Positions 1 to 17,116 of a stretch of DNA of 64,000 nucleotides are shown here, piece by piece; position 1 is the first letter of the stretch; each line of letters opens with the position of its first letter. Made by a program: the position numbers and the translations under genes. A model generated the notes under the pieces. The model was not told the DNA's origin and did no database searches. It saw only the letters and a program-made list of their open reading frames with translations. This DNA comes from Eledone cirrhosa. Its lineage: Eukaryota. The stretch is taken from NCBI GenBank assembly GCA_964016885.1, contig OZ024742.1, positions 84,878,001-84,942,000 on the forward strand, read 5' to 3'.

Positions 1-430
1 AATTAATATATATGATAAAACACAAATACCAACGTATAAGTGTTTGTATTGTAAAAGACTAAGTTAGCTAGATTGAAAAATACTAATTATAATAATACAG
101 TTTGCCTGTCTCGATTTAAAATAATAAATCAATAAAAACAAACGATATCTGAGGAGAGCTGAACGGGGTATTTTTTCACTTTTTCATTTCGAAACTTATT
201 TGGATTTTGAAGTTTAAACTTATCTACTTAACAGGTTTGATTTTGAAATTTAAATTGGTCCAAGTACCACGGCCATTTGCCAATATCGTTTGTTTTTATT
301 GATTTATTATTTTAAATCGAGACAGGCAAACTGTATTATTATAATTAGTATTTTTCAATCTACCTAACTTAGTCTTTTACAATACAAACACTTATATGTT
401 GGTATTTGTGTTTTATCATATATATTAATT
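1..430. repeat. Fold-back inverted repeat (arms 1-148 and ~283-430), probable truncated PLE terminus
   Basis: 1-148 is a near-perfect reverse complement of 283-430 and is followed by (TA)n. The left arm runs off the window edge. Confidence 0.8.
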
Positions 431-483
431 TATATTAACTTGTATATATATATATACATATATATATATGTATAAGAATATAT

Positions 484-890
484 ATATAGTATATTTGGCA
501 ATATACTGTATGCTTAATTAAAAACATTTTGAAGAATTTGCGCTATTATTTTAAAGCAGTGACTATGTCACTTACCTCTTTTTTTAGCAAAGGGAGATAA
601 GCTGACAGATCTGTTTCACACTGTTGGTAATCATCAGAGCTTAGGACTCGCCGATGCCTGTTGAAAATTATAGATGATGGATTCTTGTAGAATTCCAGTA
701 ATAATCAGGAACTGATTATACAGAGCGATTGCCGGTCTATCAAAAATTGAAAATTAGAATTGGTGCTCTGAAAAGGCCTTGTATACATGAACATATATAT
801 AGTATATTTAGCAATATACTGTATGCTTAATTAAAACATCTTGACGACCGTGCGCTATTATTTTAAAGTAGTGACTATGTCACTTACTTC
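484..890 (-). mobile_element. PLE-type pseudo-LTR partial tandem remnant
   Basis: A ~100-bp direct repeat (484-580 / 797-890) recurs at ~48030-48172. A hammerhead lies between the two copies and the unit is flanked by (TA)n. Confidence 0.6.
598..643 (-). ncRNA. Minimal type I hammerhead ribozyme
   Basis: Reverse complement reads TAAGCT CTGATGA ttaccaacagtgt GAAA CAGATCTG TC AGCTTA: 6-bp stem I, intact core, palindromic stem III. Confidence 0.8.
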
Positions 891-1121
891 TTTTATATGT
901 GTATATGTATATATATATATATATAGTAATAACAAGTAGAGATGAGTTTTCTAATTACCATTAACTTTATTCTCATATAACGCGCGTTTCACCATTGATC
1001 ATCTGAAAGTTCGATCTCTATCAATCGGGCCCGGCTCTGGAATCCAAAGATCATCAGACTTCTGTTTGCTAAATGACTGATGTTTTGTATACCATTTTAA
1101 ACAATATCAATTCTCCCTTCC

Positions 1122-1314
<193 letters not shown>

Positions 1315-1394
1315 GTACATACACACACACACATACACCCACCCATATATATATATACATATATATATATGTGTGTGTATATATATATATAGGG

Positions 1395-1970
1395 CGGGTA
1401 AAATTGCCGAGACCCGTATACGACTTCTCTCCGGCGGTCTTTGTTTTTCATCGCCGCTATGTCCAGCGTCTACTGGAGACCAGCGTCACTCGTTAGGGCA
1501 TCATCATATGTCATCCGCGATATCTCTCTTCCAGTGTGGATTTATACGGCCTTGCACAGGAACAATGAGTTCAGTGGTAGCTCTGAATGTCTGTGAGCAT
1601 TTCAAGCTAACCCCAGTCTACTCTGTGTCACTTTGGAGCTGTTGTTTGGGAGATTCCCGTACAACTCTGATATATTCATCATCAGTGCATACAGGTTTAT
1701 ATTTAGAGCCATCCTCAGCACACGCGTGAGCACACATCCACCCTCTGAGAGTGTCTCCGTATAAGTGCCCAAGTTTCAGAACCGTATATCAGCACAGACT
1801 TCATTCAAGCAAGGAAGAGACGGAACATCAAGTCTCTACGAAGGTCCGACTCGCACACCGATCTCAAACTGTGACACATAACACAGGCTTTGCTTTATCT
1901 CTCCACTACATCTCCCGTATTCCTAATCTTTGCTCCCAGAAACAGGTGGTGCTTAACCAACTCTAGCGGT
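1395..1970 (-). pseudogene. 5'-truncated, degenerate RTE-like LINE ORF2 C-terminus
   Basis: Minus-strand peptides PLELVKHHLFLGAKIRNTGDVVER and ESVLIYGSETWAL...RVLRMALNI. Matches the fragment at 36.7 kb (EPLELVEDFLYLGGKIRNTEDDVVER). Confidence 0.7.
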
Positions 1971-1971
1971 T

Positions 1972-2060
<89 letters not shown>

Positions 2061-2503
2061 AATTTCAAGAAAACAAAATCCATAGACTTCCCGATAAAAG
2101 TTATGTATATGTAAGTAATAATATATACAACCGCAGATCAAATATCTGTTATTGGCACCAATCAAAATTTCTTAGCACGGGATAATTGCTTTCGCACTAA
2201 CTGAATTATTAGCAGCATACTTTTCCACGGTGATAACTTTATGGAAACTGAATTAATTGATAACATTTTGAGGGAGAAAATTCAGCTGGAAACCAATTAT
2301 AAGTGCTTCAAATTTACCTGCATCATATATTCTTACAAAAATAATTTGTAACATATCAGATGGTAATATTAGGTTTCCATTTCATAGGATACAAACATCT
2401 CCAATATGCGAGGAGAATATCTACAGCAATGCCCGTCAACAAAAACAATTGAAATTTACTTTGACATATAGAAATTTAGATTTCTCAAAATATGTTAATA
2501 ATT

Positions 2504-2686
2504 GTTTCTTCGTTTGGCACAAGACCAGCAATTACCCAGTGCATTACTGGTACTTTATTTTATCGACCCAGTAAGGATGAAAGGCAAAGTTAACCCCGGA
2601 GGGATTTGAACTCAGAATGGCAAGGGCCGTAATTCTATACGTCAAAACATGGCGTCCGACCCTCTACCGTTACTGCCAATCCACCG
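2504..2686 (-). mobile_element. tRNA-derived SINE (octopus OK/OR-type family)
   Basis: A-box TGGCAGTAACGG, B-box GAGTTCAAATCC, body GTTAACTTTGCCTTTCATCC...GTCGATAAAATAAAGTACCAG. Several copies in the window. Confidence 0.8.
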
Positions 2687-3570
2687 GACTTAATACGTTA
2701 ATAATGCACAATCAACAGAATTTACAAAATATTTCCTTAAAATTTATCTTGTACATATATATAATGTTATTTGCACAATTAGCTCGATGTATCTCCGTTA
2801 TAATAAATATAGATTAAAAATCTGTGTATGTTCAACCAAATGTAACATTTAATTGTTTTCTATTCCACATCGGATAGGTGTGTGTTATGTAAGACCGCAT
2901 AAATAGACGCGCACAGATTTATGCATATATCATATCATAATTTCTGAAATGTACATTACTTTTTCATGCAACACAATATGGGTATCAAACTACAATTAGA
3001 TAATTGAGTGAATGACAGTATGATATTTAAGATGAAAATCATCTATCAATCTTTCTCTATTTATACTAAAACACAGCCATATTATCTGCTATTAAGGAAG
3101 ATATGTTGCACAGAAACGATATCGTTTAGGAGTTGACAATTTTAACTTTCTCTCTATCGAATCACAACCACCGTATCTGCTATTAGCTAAATGTGTGCAC
3201 TCAGAACAGTTGATTGAAACTGCATTACTGCAATTCGGCAGATTCATTGAGTGAGTTAGACGATGACCGGAGTTCGTTGACTTAATACCAGCGAAGTTCT
3301 TTAATTGTATAATACATATAGTTATTACCAGTGTGTACCGTATTTAGAACTTGGGGACTCGGGTGACTTCAGAATTTGTGTGTGTGTTGGTGCATTCAAA
3401 CACAAAAAAATTAAAATATGCAAAACACCATTAGGATTACCTTTCAAATTCGTCTATGGATTCGGTACTGGCAATACGTCTAACTCATGAGAGGTACCTG
3501 ATGATTTATACATGTTTTCGTCTGGAAACCACTGTTGGAGTGAAGTTAAATTGCTACTATAACTATCAAC

Positions 3571-3750
3571 TTGGTTGTACTCCTGGCAGTGGAGACTTCT
3601 GGTGTCCTCGGCCCTAGGGCTACCTTCCTACTCAGCACCATAGGCGCTGAGCTGGCCAGCCGCAGGTGTGAAACCCGCAAGTTGGAGTGGCTTTTCCAGC
3701 ACGTCTCCCTTGCCGTCCTCGGAGGAAACGCCCTCTCCATCCTGTCCGCC
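3571..3750 (+). pseudogene. 3' fragment of a CRE-clade non-LTR element (RLE C-terminus)
   Basis: LAVETSGVLGPRATFLL...WLFQHVSLAVLGGNALSIL resembles the CRE-type AxETxGxxG...QRxSxAxQRGNA motif. Confidence 0.6.
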
Positions 3751-3849
3751 AGGGCTGTGTGTGTGTGTGTGGGGGGGGGGGATCCCGTACCATTCCATAT
3801 TTAAGTATGTGCACTATCATATACAAGCATATAAAAATAATTGAGAAAA

Positions 3850-3893
<44 letters not shown>

Positions 3894-4498
3894 CCAGCAC
3901 TATCAATTTCCACACATTGTGTTGAGCGCTTTGTTTCTCCTTTGGTACGCTCAGCTAAGTGTGAGTATGAGTGAGTGAGTGTGTGTGAAAGAAAGATAAT
4001 TATGCGAGTCAGGGAGGGTATCTAAACTAAACGTTAGCAAAATCATGATCTCAATACAATAGTGTTATGAACGCAATTGTTGAACGATAAAGTCTAAATG
4101 TGTATACCAATGAAATGTTACGATGCCTGCGACCTCCTGTCCGATATATCGACTTTAGAAACAAAAACGATGGATCTTAACGGGTCTTGTTTCCGCATCA
4201 ATCGAGATTCAATCCTTAATTACTTCCCATCCAGCAGTCTTAACTGGTGCATAGCTTCCATATCAATCGATCACATTTCCCGAAGAAAATTACAATCCTC
4301 TGGAAAAATAAACGAAATAAGTTCACTTAGCTGAATATTAAATTGTGTATCACACAATGAATAAAATCTAACTTTAACATTTCTATCCTCCATTCTTGCA
4401 TTGCCTGTTCACCACATTTTATTAAAAATCACTCTCTCTCTCTACCTCTATCTCCTTCTACCTATTTATCTCTCCCTCTATCTCCCTCTCATTTCTCG

Positions 4499-5431
<933 letters not shown>

Positions 5432-5448
5432 ATATATACATATGTATG

Positions 5449-5505
<57 letters not shown>

Positions 5506-5507
<2 letters not shown>

Positions 5508-5680
5508 GGCTTCTCCCGGCCGGACTAGAACTGTTTCATTCGGGATAAATCATCAGGAAATTTCTCCCGAGTGAAAGTGTTCTAGTCCTGTAGAAACTAT
5601 TTCTATATTACATATTTATACTCTGTTATGTATTTTGTACCTTACTTACTGTGGTTACCCCCGATTGAACCCTGTATACC
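5506..5680. repeat. Small imperfect fold-back with a degenerate hammerhead core on the minus strand
   Basis: GGACTAGAAC...GTTCTAGTCC arms. Reverse complement contains CTGATGA tttatcccgaat GAAA. Confidence 0.45.
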
Positions 5681-6491
5681 CCCCCCCCCCCTCACACACA
5701 CACAAACATATATATATATGTTTATATCTGTGTAGGCGTGTATGCATGTGGATTTCTTTAGTTAATAGACGTGCGATACAAGCGTATATGCAAATATTTT
5801 AAACAGACACTTTTATTATATATGTATATAAATCAATATTCTTAGTAATACCTCAAACAGACACTCTCATATATATATGTATAAATATATACTATGGAAT
5901 ACTGTTGGCTTTTTGCTACAATGTTTTCTATACCTTTCATTTATATATGTATAAATATATATATATGAGTGTGTGTGTGCACGTGCAGTCGTGAGTGTGT
6001 GGGTTTTTATGCGTGCTGGTGAGTTTTGTGTGCCTATACATGTGCGTCTTTATGAATATCACTAACTGATTTGTATTTTCTTTCAAATAATAGTTATGTT
6101 TTGAACACTTGTACGTGCAGAGGAAACACAGGAAAGACATAGAGATGGAGAGAAAGAGTTCAATTGTCTATATAATTTGTATTAAGTTTCATTGTTATAT
6201 ATAAAAGAGAATTCATGGCCTATAATTTTAAGCGGTCTCAAGATTTTCACACACTGTACTTCAGCGCAATTCAGGAATTTAGTCAAAATGATTTCAGAAA
6301 CAGAAGAGCTACTTTTAAACATAATTGCAGGAAGCTTGTAAGGAAGACGCATACTCGTAAATATGCGTAGAATACAAACAGAGCCACGCACACACTGATA
6401 TTTACACCCATATACGCCGTTACAAATATGTATATATAAATACATACACACACACTCACACACAGACACGCACACACTCAGACACACACAA

Positions 6492-6524
<33 letters not shown>

Positions 6525-6718
6525 ATGGTTAAATTTGAAGGCGATTTCAAAGAGTTATAAGAAATCCTGTATATCAGCATGTAAATAAACAATTAATTAC
6601 ATAGACTATTTTAAAAGAAAAATTTTCAAGTTTCAAACTGTTATTATTCATATAAAAGAAGGATAATAATAGAAGCAGACTTAGTAATAGTAGTAGTATT
6701 AGAAATACTATTATTATT

Positions 6719-6931
6719 GGTGGATTGGCAGTATCGGTAGTGGGTCTGACGCAATGCTTTGCAGCATAGAGGTATGCCCCTTTATGGTCTGAATTCAAAT
6801 CCCGCCGGGGTTAACTTTGCTTTTCATCCTTACGGATTAATAAAATAAATCACCAGTAATATATTAGTGTCGATTTAATCGACTTTCCCTCCCCTTAAAA
6901 AATTTGCTGGACTTGTGCCTTAAGTAGAAAC
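6719..6931 (+). mobile_element. tRNA-derived SINE, same family as 2504-2686
   Basis: TGGCAGTATCGG / GAATTCAAATCC boxes; flanked by (TAT)n. Confidence 0.8.
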
Positions 6932-8050
6932 TATTATTATTATTATTAGCAGCAGCAGCAGTAGTAGTAGTAGCAGTAGAAGTAGTAGTATTAATGTATA
7001 TATATAGTCTTAATTATCTTTGTGGTTCTGATTGTATTTTTCTGACATTTTTCGTCATGATTTCATATTATTGTTTATTTTATCAATATTTTTACTACTA
7101 CTACTACTACTACTGTTCCCTAAGCCAATGCTCATTAGCTTAGTTCACGGTTTATTGATCTTTGCGTTATATTTCCCTTTGAAACAATTGCACATCTCTT
7201 CGGTGTAATATCTCGTTTCTGTGATTCATCCACCTACTCTATCACTCTCTTCATCTTTCTTCTATAGCTCCGTCTCTCCTCTTTCTCTCATCTCTCCTCT
7301 CTGCCTTTGCGCACTACCACTCTCTCTGCCCTATCTCACTCAAACACTTTCTTCCCATCTCTCGATTATTAAATCTACTCTACTATTTCTACCATTCATT
7401 CATACGTCATTCCATTGCATGGTTTCCCTATCAATTCTTTCTTTTCTTCTTTTCTTTTTTATTTATTTATTTTCTTTCTTTCATTGCTTTCCTTCCTTCT
7501 TTCTTTCTTTCTTTCCTCCATTTTTCTATCCTTTCTTTCTTTTATTATTTCAACCTTCCTCATTTTCTTCCATTCTCCTTTTCACCGATTCATTTATTCT
7601 TTTTTCATTTCCTAAATTCTTTCTCATTATTAACCTTTTATTTCTTTCTTTCCCTTCTTCTTTAAATATTCCACAATATATTTTACATATGTGTTGTTTT
7701 CATATTTTGTAGGACGTTTTTTGTCTTCATTGGTAAATTAATGAAGATAGGAACAACGAAAAATCAATTCAAATTCAGTTCTGAATAGCTCTATATTCAT
7801 ACAAGTCCAATCACACACATGTACTCATAGACTATCACACAACTAAACTCCACACGCTAACGTATACAGGGAAACATACACACGCATCTGCACAAACGTA
7901 CATTCAGTCTCACAGACAAATAACACAGACATATACCAGCACCCAGATATAAGCCTATATCTTTATATGCGTATATGTATGCATATAATATATGTGTGTG
8001 TGTCTTTACACACACACACATGTATATTTACACACACACATATATATATG

Positions 8051-8187
<137 letters not shown>

Positions 8188-8192
8188 GTATG

Positions 8193-8247
<55 letters not shown>

Positions 8248-8282
8248 TTATATACATATATACATGTGTGTGTGTATGTGTG

Positions 8283-8319
<37 letters not shown>

Positions 8320-10655
8320 GGAGAGAGAGAGAGGAACAAAAAAAGATAGAGGATGTGAGAGAGAAAGAGAGAGTGGGGGAGATAAAGAGAAAGAAAATGA
8401 GAGACCGATATTTGCATGCAGCTATGTATTCGATTCTGCATGCATTTTCTCAATGTGTGATTACATTTGTGTGTTTTGGTAGTTAGCATAAAACCGTTAT
8501 GTTATAAGAATACAAGACTGCCACAGTTTCTATAGAAGTTCCATAAAAAATCCTATTATAATGAAATGATCTGTACAATGAAAACAATTTCATAATAGAT
8601 GTACAATATCCGCGTTTCCTGTAAAAAAATCAATATTATTGATAAAGTATGTTTAGAAATGTCGAACTTCAAGAAATATAAGATATTCATTTGAATTTGT
8701 CGAATTCATGAATTATTAACCACAACGGGGAGTACACACATACACACATCGAGATACAAGCCCGTAAAATCAAAAACGAATATATATAAACGTACACCAA
8801 CTATTTCCACATGAAATATGTGTTTGTTTCTAACTCTCTTAATATTTTTTTGTAAGCCAGTGTGAATTGTATGTACGTATGGATGTAAGTATTGCGTTTA
8901 TTGATAGGTAGGTGTGTACGACTCTATATATTTAAATATTTGAATATTTTTATCTGTCTATGTATCTTAATATAACGATGTGTGGTCACGAGTATATGTT
9001 TATGTATGTATGAATTTGTCCCTCCGATATGTTATCGTCTGCAGTCACTCGGGCTTGTGGTGGTGTTCTTTGGAAAAAATATTTTAGAAGTACTGTAAAA
9101 CTATGTGTAAGAATACGTTTTAGTACTGCTTACTAATGGATTTTGGCAATCTCCTTTCGCTATTTCGAGAAAAATTACCACAGCCAAGACAGAAATTTTC
9201 AAGCATAATCATTTGAAGCTTGGAAAAACAAAACAATAGGTGATTTCTACATTTCACTTTATATTTCTATTGGTTTGACATTGTGTAGTTATCTCGAAAA
9301 ATATTTATATGTAACAAACACGCACCCTTCTACATACACAGTTACATAAGCACACTATACACACAAAAACACCTTTTAGCATTTTGCACCCACCGAATCC
9401 CCTTTCCTCGTTATTCAGATAACTGGCTAACAGATTTCTATTCTTGATTCTTCCCGCGTAAAACTATTTATTGTTTAATAAATAGGATAACTTGAACTTT
9501 TATGTAATTTAAAATTAACATATTCCATACTGTCTCTAAGGAAGTGCTCTATCTATTTTCAGTAGACCATTTCGAGAATTATATCTCATTACGATGGATT
9601 CAAACTAAATGTTAGTGAATTTAATTAAATTTTCATATTATATACCCATTGTATGACTTCCATTGATAATTAAATGGGTTTCCATTACAGTGTGTGGATT
9701 GTGGTGGTGGTGGTGGTGGTGGTGGTGGGGGGGGGGGCTTAAGGATATATACTGTTCATGTGTATCCTTATTATAAACTCACACTTTTTTCTTACCCATA
9801 AGAGACTAAGGATGACATTAAAAGACAAGACCTTGATAATATATATAGAGTCAATAGAAATCAGAGCTGTGAAAATCAAAGCACAGACATATCGAAACAA
9901 ATTATATTCCATATTATTGGAGGGACTTAAGAGCAAAAAGCCCCATCGCGAAGGAAGGCTTGATTAATTTCATCTTTCTCTGTAGAGAGCTGTGCGCCTA
10001 CTCAATTACATTGGTTCAGGATAGAAACCCATAAAAATATATATAATACATAACTCAGTCAATATGGACGGGAAACAACTATAAATTAATCAAAAGAAAT
10101 AAACGCAGAAATTTGTTCCTTGCAATATTTCTATATGAAATAGCCGTTCCGAATTGGTCAGGGATGTTGCTGGCGGTATTATAAAGTGATTCTGCTGTAA
10201 AAACAATCCTCACTAGTAAAAACGTTTTTTCTCTAAGATATATAGGTAAATGTTACTGGAAGTGTACCGCTTGAGCCAGAGCACAATAAGTAGCTCTTCG
10301 TTAACCTGTATAATATATATCAGTTGTACAATATGCTGAAACTGTACATTATTGAAAAAAAATATATTTGAGATATAATTGCCCTAATGATACAGAAACA
10401 ATTGCCTGAACATTTACCAATAACACAGATACAGACACACAGGCGCGAACGAATATAACATCACCCTCACTCTTCCCCCTGCTCACTCCCCCCCTTCTCA
10501 TTCTCATACATACATGTATCTATCTCTCTCTCTCTCTATATATATATATATTTATACACATACACACACACACACATATATACATATATATATATATATA
10601 TATAAATATATATATACATGTATATATGTATATATATATACATATATATACATAC

Positions 10656-10687
<32 letters not shown>

Positions 10688-11189
10688 TCATATATATATA
10701 TATATATATATATACAAGGATAGAATATACATTGCGTATGTACGATATAAAATGCATAGTATTGAATTAAGATTTATTAACGGCTTGGGTGTTACATTGA
10801 ATATCTGTGAGACTGAATTCATAGGGAGAAAGCTAAAAACAGTTAAAAAAAATTAAAGACTGTGTATTGAAGGTACGAAAACGCAATTAATGACAGAAAA
10901 GAAATAAATGTCATTCTGCATTAGAATTTATATGTACGAAGTAGTTGGTCGATAATTTTGTCTTTGAATAGCCGTTGGTTGAACAATTGCATTGCACTTC
11001 AATTGCTGGTCTCTTCTTCATTAGGCAAAGCAGCGACAGTATAAAACACAGTTGCTGTAGAACAGCACGCATGGATGCACACACAATCACACACATATAT
11101 ACACACACACACATACAGACACATACAGACACACACATACAGACACACACATACAGACACACACATACAGACACACATATACAGACACA

Positions 11190-13822
<2,633 letters not shown>

Positions 13823-14991
13823 CCTACCACTAACTCCACCCTTTTACCTTAGCCATAAAGTTCTCTCAATTAGCAAAAAATAGACAATCACACACTCAGG
13901 TAGTAGACAGCTAAGATGGTTTGCGCCTTACACACGGTACTCGGTATGTTTCCACAGAGTTCTCACAGCTGAGTGGACATTCACCATTACTTTAGAATAC
14001 CTTGTTAGTAAATAGCTAGACATATTACACATCAGTTAAGAACGGCTACGCTCTTTATACATAATTCTACACACAGTACCCGGTTTCTTTAGACACGGAG
14101 TTCCCACAGTTTTGACTAGTCATGATCTAATCAATTGAATACTACACTAGGTTTTTGGTCTACGATCCTCTAACCACTGTTGCTAAATGGACAATACTAC
14201 ATACACGTCATCAATGGGCCCATGACACTTAAACTCATTCCCGTGGTTTTGTTATTTTATTTTATTTTATTTTCATTTTCTGTGTTGGGTAACACACCTC
14301 CACCATCAAACACTTATCTTAAAAGCCCGGGGTCCCATATGACGGGAAAATGCACACACTGACACCTTAACCCAAATACCCAACCCTACATGGAGCCCCT
14401 TGGAGGCTACATGGCGGGTGCTGGCACGCACAGACTCGGGGACTCAGATTCTCAACGGCACATACAGAGTCGATACGAGCTGACTACTTGCTCTACACAT
14501 GGATGTGTATATACCAAAACATACACTATTTAGACGATACGGATGTTACAATTCTATCGATACACGTATAGCAGATTGTTGAACGGAATCTACTTGCGTG
14601 TGTTGAGGGTTGTGGTTGACCCAATCTTTCTAATTTTCATCGTTAAAATTGAGATTTGACCAATATAACATTTGTTGTTTTGTAGCCTAACTTTCAGTGC
14701 ATACTGTGTTGGTGTATATATTTTTGTCTGACCTCGCGTCAGTGTGTGTGTACTCACTTACACTAATTGTGACCGACCGAAATTCTACAGATTTGATGTT
14801 GCGATTAGACCTGTCCAGAGTCCTTTACAGCTATTGAGAGATAGAGACTTGATAGATTTATGACCCTGACTGAAGACGATAGCAGTTGGCGTGTTTTGGC
14901 TCTTTAATCTTCATATGGGGAACAGAACTCTAGTGAGTGAACATCGTTAGTTTTCCTCCCTCATAACAAAGATTTGAAGACAATTCATTAT

Positions 14992-15066
14992 TCAGCTGAT
15001 GAGACCAGTGATAATCGATCATGACCACTAGATCGATCTATCTTTTATTGAAACATGTGTCGCGAT
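14992..15066 (+). ncRNA. Hammerhead core in the PLE pLTR, stem I degenerate
   Basis: CTGATGA ... ATCGATC/GATCGAT hairpin ... GAAA catgtg TC. Confidence 0.5.
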
Positions 15067-15204
15067 TAAAATGATTGGAAATTTATACCATGCCTTCTGA
15101 TCTTTATATTGATACAAATACTCCGCTTTACATCATCTAGCTGTGCCCATAAATGGAACTGGAGATATACAAAAGCGTGGAGAACTTAATAAAAAATAAT
15201 AATT

Positions 15205-15291
15205 GTTTCTACTTTAGGCACAAGGCCAGCAATTACCCAGTGCATTACTGGTACTTTATTTTATCGACCTTGTAAGGATGAAAGGCAAAGT
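15205..15291 (-). mobile_element. SINE 3' fragment; similar fragments at 4800-4852 and 33721-33862, diverged copy at ~50430-50600 (+)
   Basis: GTTTCTACTTTAGGCACAAGGCCAGCAATT...GGATGAAAGGCAAAGT matches the full copies. Confidence 0.7.
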
Positions 15292-15375
15292 GATCATAAA
15301 AAAATAATAATAATAAGAAGAAAATGAGGAAATGGAAAATACAAAGACTACCTCTCTCGATATGCAAATTAGGCT

Positions 15376-17116
15376 CAGACTCAGAAGCTCCCGCGTCTTA
15401 CGACGCATGAGGCAATGATAGTGTTCCACCGCGTTCGGTCAGCAGCCAGTTGCACAGCTTCCCGCCATTGTCTGTTTGTCGCTCGCAGGTCCCTCTCAAC
15501 TGTCTGGCGCCAGTATATTTTGGGTCGCACTCTCCGTCTGCTTCCCTCTGGGTTCCATTTAAGTACTTGGTTCGCCAGTCTCTCAGGGGTAAGTCTCAAA
15601 GCGTGCCCAAACCAGGCCAGGCGTCGCCTGCAGATGGCAGAGACCAGCTGCTGGTTGGTGCGCTTCCTGACTTCCTGGTTTGTTACATGGTCACTCCATT
15701 TAATCCCCAGGATCTTTCGCAGTAACCTGGAATCTAATGCGTCCAACTTCTTCTCTTGGCTGGTCTTAAGGTGCCATGTTTCACTTCCGTACAAGAGTGT
15801 GGACAGCACGTTGCTGTTGTAGAATCTCATCTTTGTTTTCAGGGTGAACTTCCTGCTCTTCCAGATCTTGACAAGCTGGTTAAATGCTGCTGAAGCCTTT
15901 CCCATTCTACATTGCAATTCACTGTCCATGGCGCCCCCATTGTCAATGGAGCTTCCTAGGTAGGTGAAGTTGTCCACTATCTCCATCTCCCCTTGTTCAA
16001 TGAAAACACTAATTGGTGATGGGTGTGTCCCAGATAACATGCCTTTGGTCTTCTTAGCACTGATATTGAGACCTAAGCTTCCTGCTTCGACATTGATATT
16101 GTTCATAATGATTTGCAGGTCAGCTGTGCTCTCTGCAAGTGCAACAATATCGTCCGCAAAGTCCAGGTCAGACAACTTTTGCTCTCCCACCCAAGATATA
16201 CCCTGGTCTTTAGACGATCTTCTTAGTACCCACTCAATGTCTATGGCAAAGAGAATTGGAGAGGGCGAGCAACCCTGACGCACACCAGTAACCACCTCAA
16301 ACCAGTCACTGTAACCATCCTCTGTCCGTATGCAGCACTTGGAGTTTGCGGAAATCTGTTTGATTGCTGAAATGACTTTCTGGGGCAGACCATACTCATG
16401 CATGATGCTCCAGAGTGACGGCCGATGAATGCTATCGAATGCTTTGGAAAAATCGATGAAGCTGACGGCGAGGGGCCTCTGGAATTCGTTGTACCTCTCA
16501 ACGATGCGGCGTAACGTAAAGATCTGCTCTGCACAGGAACGTTTTGGTCGGAACCCTGCCTGTTGTTCTCGCAGTTCCCGGTCTACCATGCCACGTATGC
16601 AGTTCAGGATCATCAGACAATAGACCTTCCCTGGTATGGAGAGAAGTGTCACTCCCCTCCAATTGTCACAATCGGCAAGGTTGCCCTTCTTGGGGATACA
16701 GACAACCGCTCCGTTTCTCCAATCTTCTGGGACTTCACACGTGTTCCACACAAAATTACATAAGTGGCCCATCCACTTGACCATGCTTTCGCCTCCTAAC
16801 TTCAGCATTTCAGCAGAAATGCCATCCATACCTGGTGACTTGTTATTCTTAAGGGTTTTGATGGCCATGCGGACTTCCTTCTCGGTGAAGTCATCAGTAT
16901 TGATAGGCAACAAACTAGTATTTCCTTAGTGTCTGCTGGCACATGTGGCTCCGGTCGGTTGAGGACTTCCTTGAAATGTTCAGCCCATCTGACTAACTTT
17001 TCTTCACCCTTGGAAAGCAGCATACCATCTTTCGCTTTCACCGGGCCTGAGTTAGCTCTAGAGCTGCCGGTGATTTTTTGGCAATTTGGTACACAGAGCG
17101 CATGTCATTGCGTGCC
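15376..17116 (-). mobile_element. RTE-clade LINE, 5'-truncated, 12-bp TSD
   Basis: TSD GCAAATTAGGCT at 15364-15375 and 17117-17128. The element ends almost at the stop codon (TGA GTCTG). Confidence 0.9.
15381..16913 (-). CDS. RTE LINE reverse transcriptase (510 aa open; frameshifted extension 16802-17041)
   Basis: KSPGMDGI, PKKG...NWRGVTLLS, QQAGFR, FIDFSKAFDS, GVRQG, DFADD, FTYLGS, LLYGSETW. Confidence 0.9.
   Translation of the reverse strand: MLPINTDDFTEKEVRMAIKTLKNNKSPGMDGISAEMLKLGGESMVKWMGHLCNFVWNTCEVPEDWRNGAVVCIPKKGNLADCDNWRGVTLLSIPGKVYCLMILNCIRGMVDRELREQQAGFRPKRSCAEQIFTLRRIVERYNEFQRPLAVSFIDFSKAFDSIHRPSLWSIMHEYGLPQKVISAIKQISANSKCCIRTEDGYSDWFEVVTGVRQGCSPSPILFAIDIEWVLRRSSKDQGISWVGEQKLSDLDFADDIVALAESTADLQIIMNNINVEAGSLGLNISAKKTKGMLSGTHPSPISVFIEQGEMEIVDNFTYLGSSIDNGGAMDSELQCRMGKASAAFNQLVKIWKSRKFTLKTKMRFYNSNVLSTLLYGSETWHLKTSQEKKLDALDSRLLRKILGIKWSDHVTNQEVRKRTNQQLVSAICRRRLAWFGHALRLTPERLANQVLKWNPEGSRRRVRPKIYWRQTVERDLRATNRQWREAVQLAADRTRWNTIIASCVVRRGSF

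Noticed and set aside
149-230. CTGAGGA...GAAA in the spacer of the first fold-back
   Set aside because: No stem I partner follows the possible NUH, so it is not called as a hammerhead.
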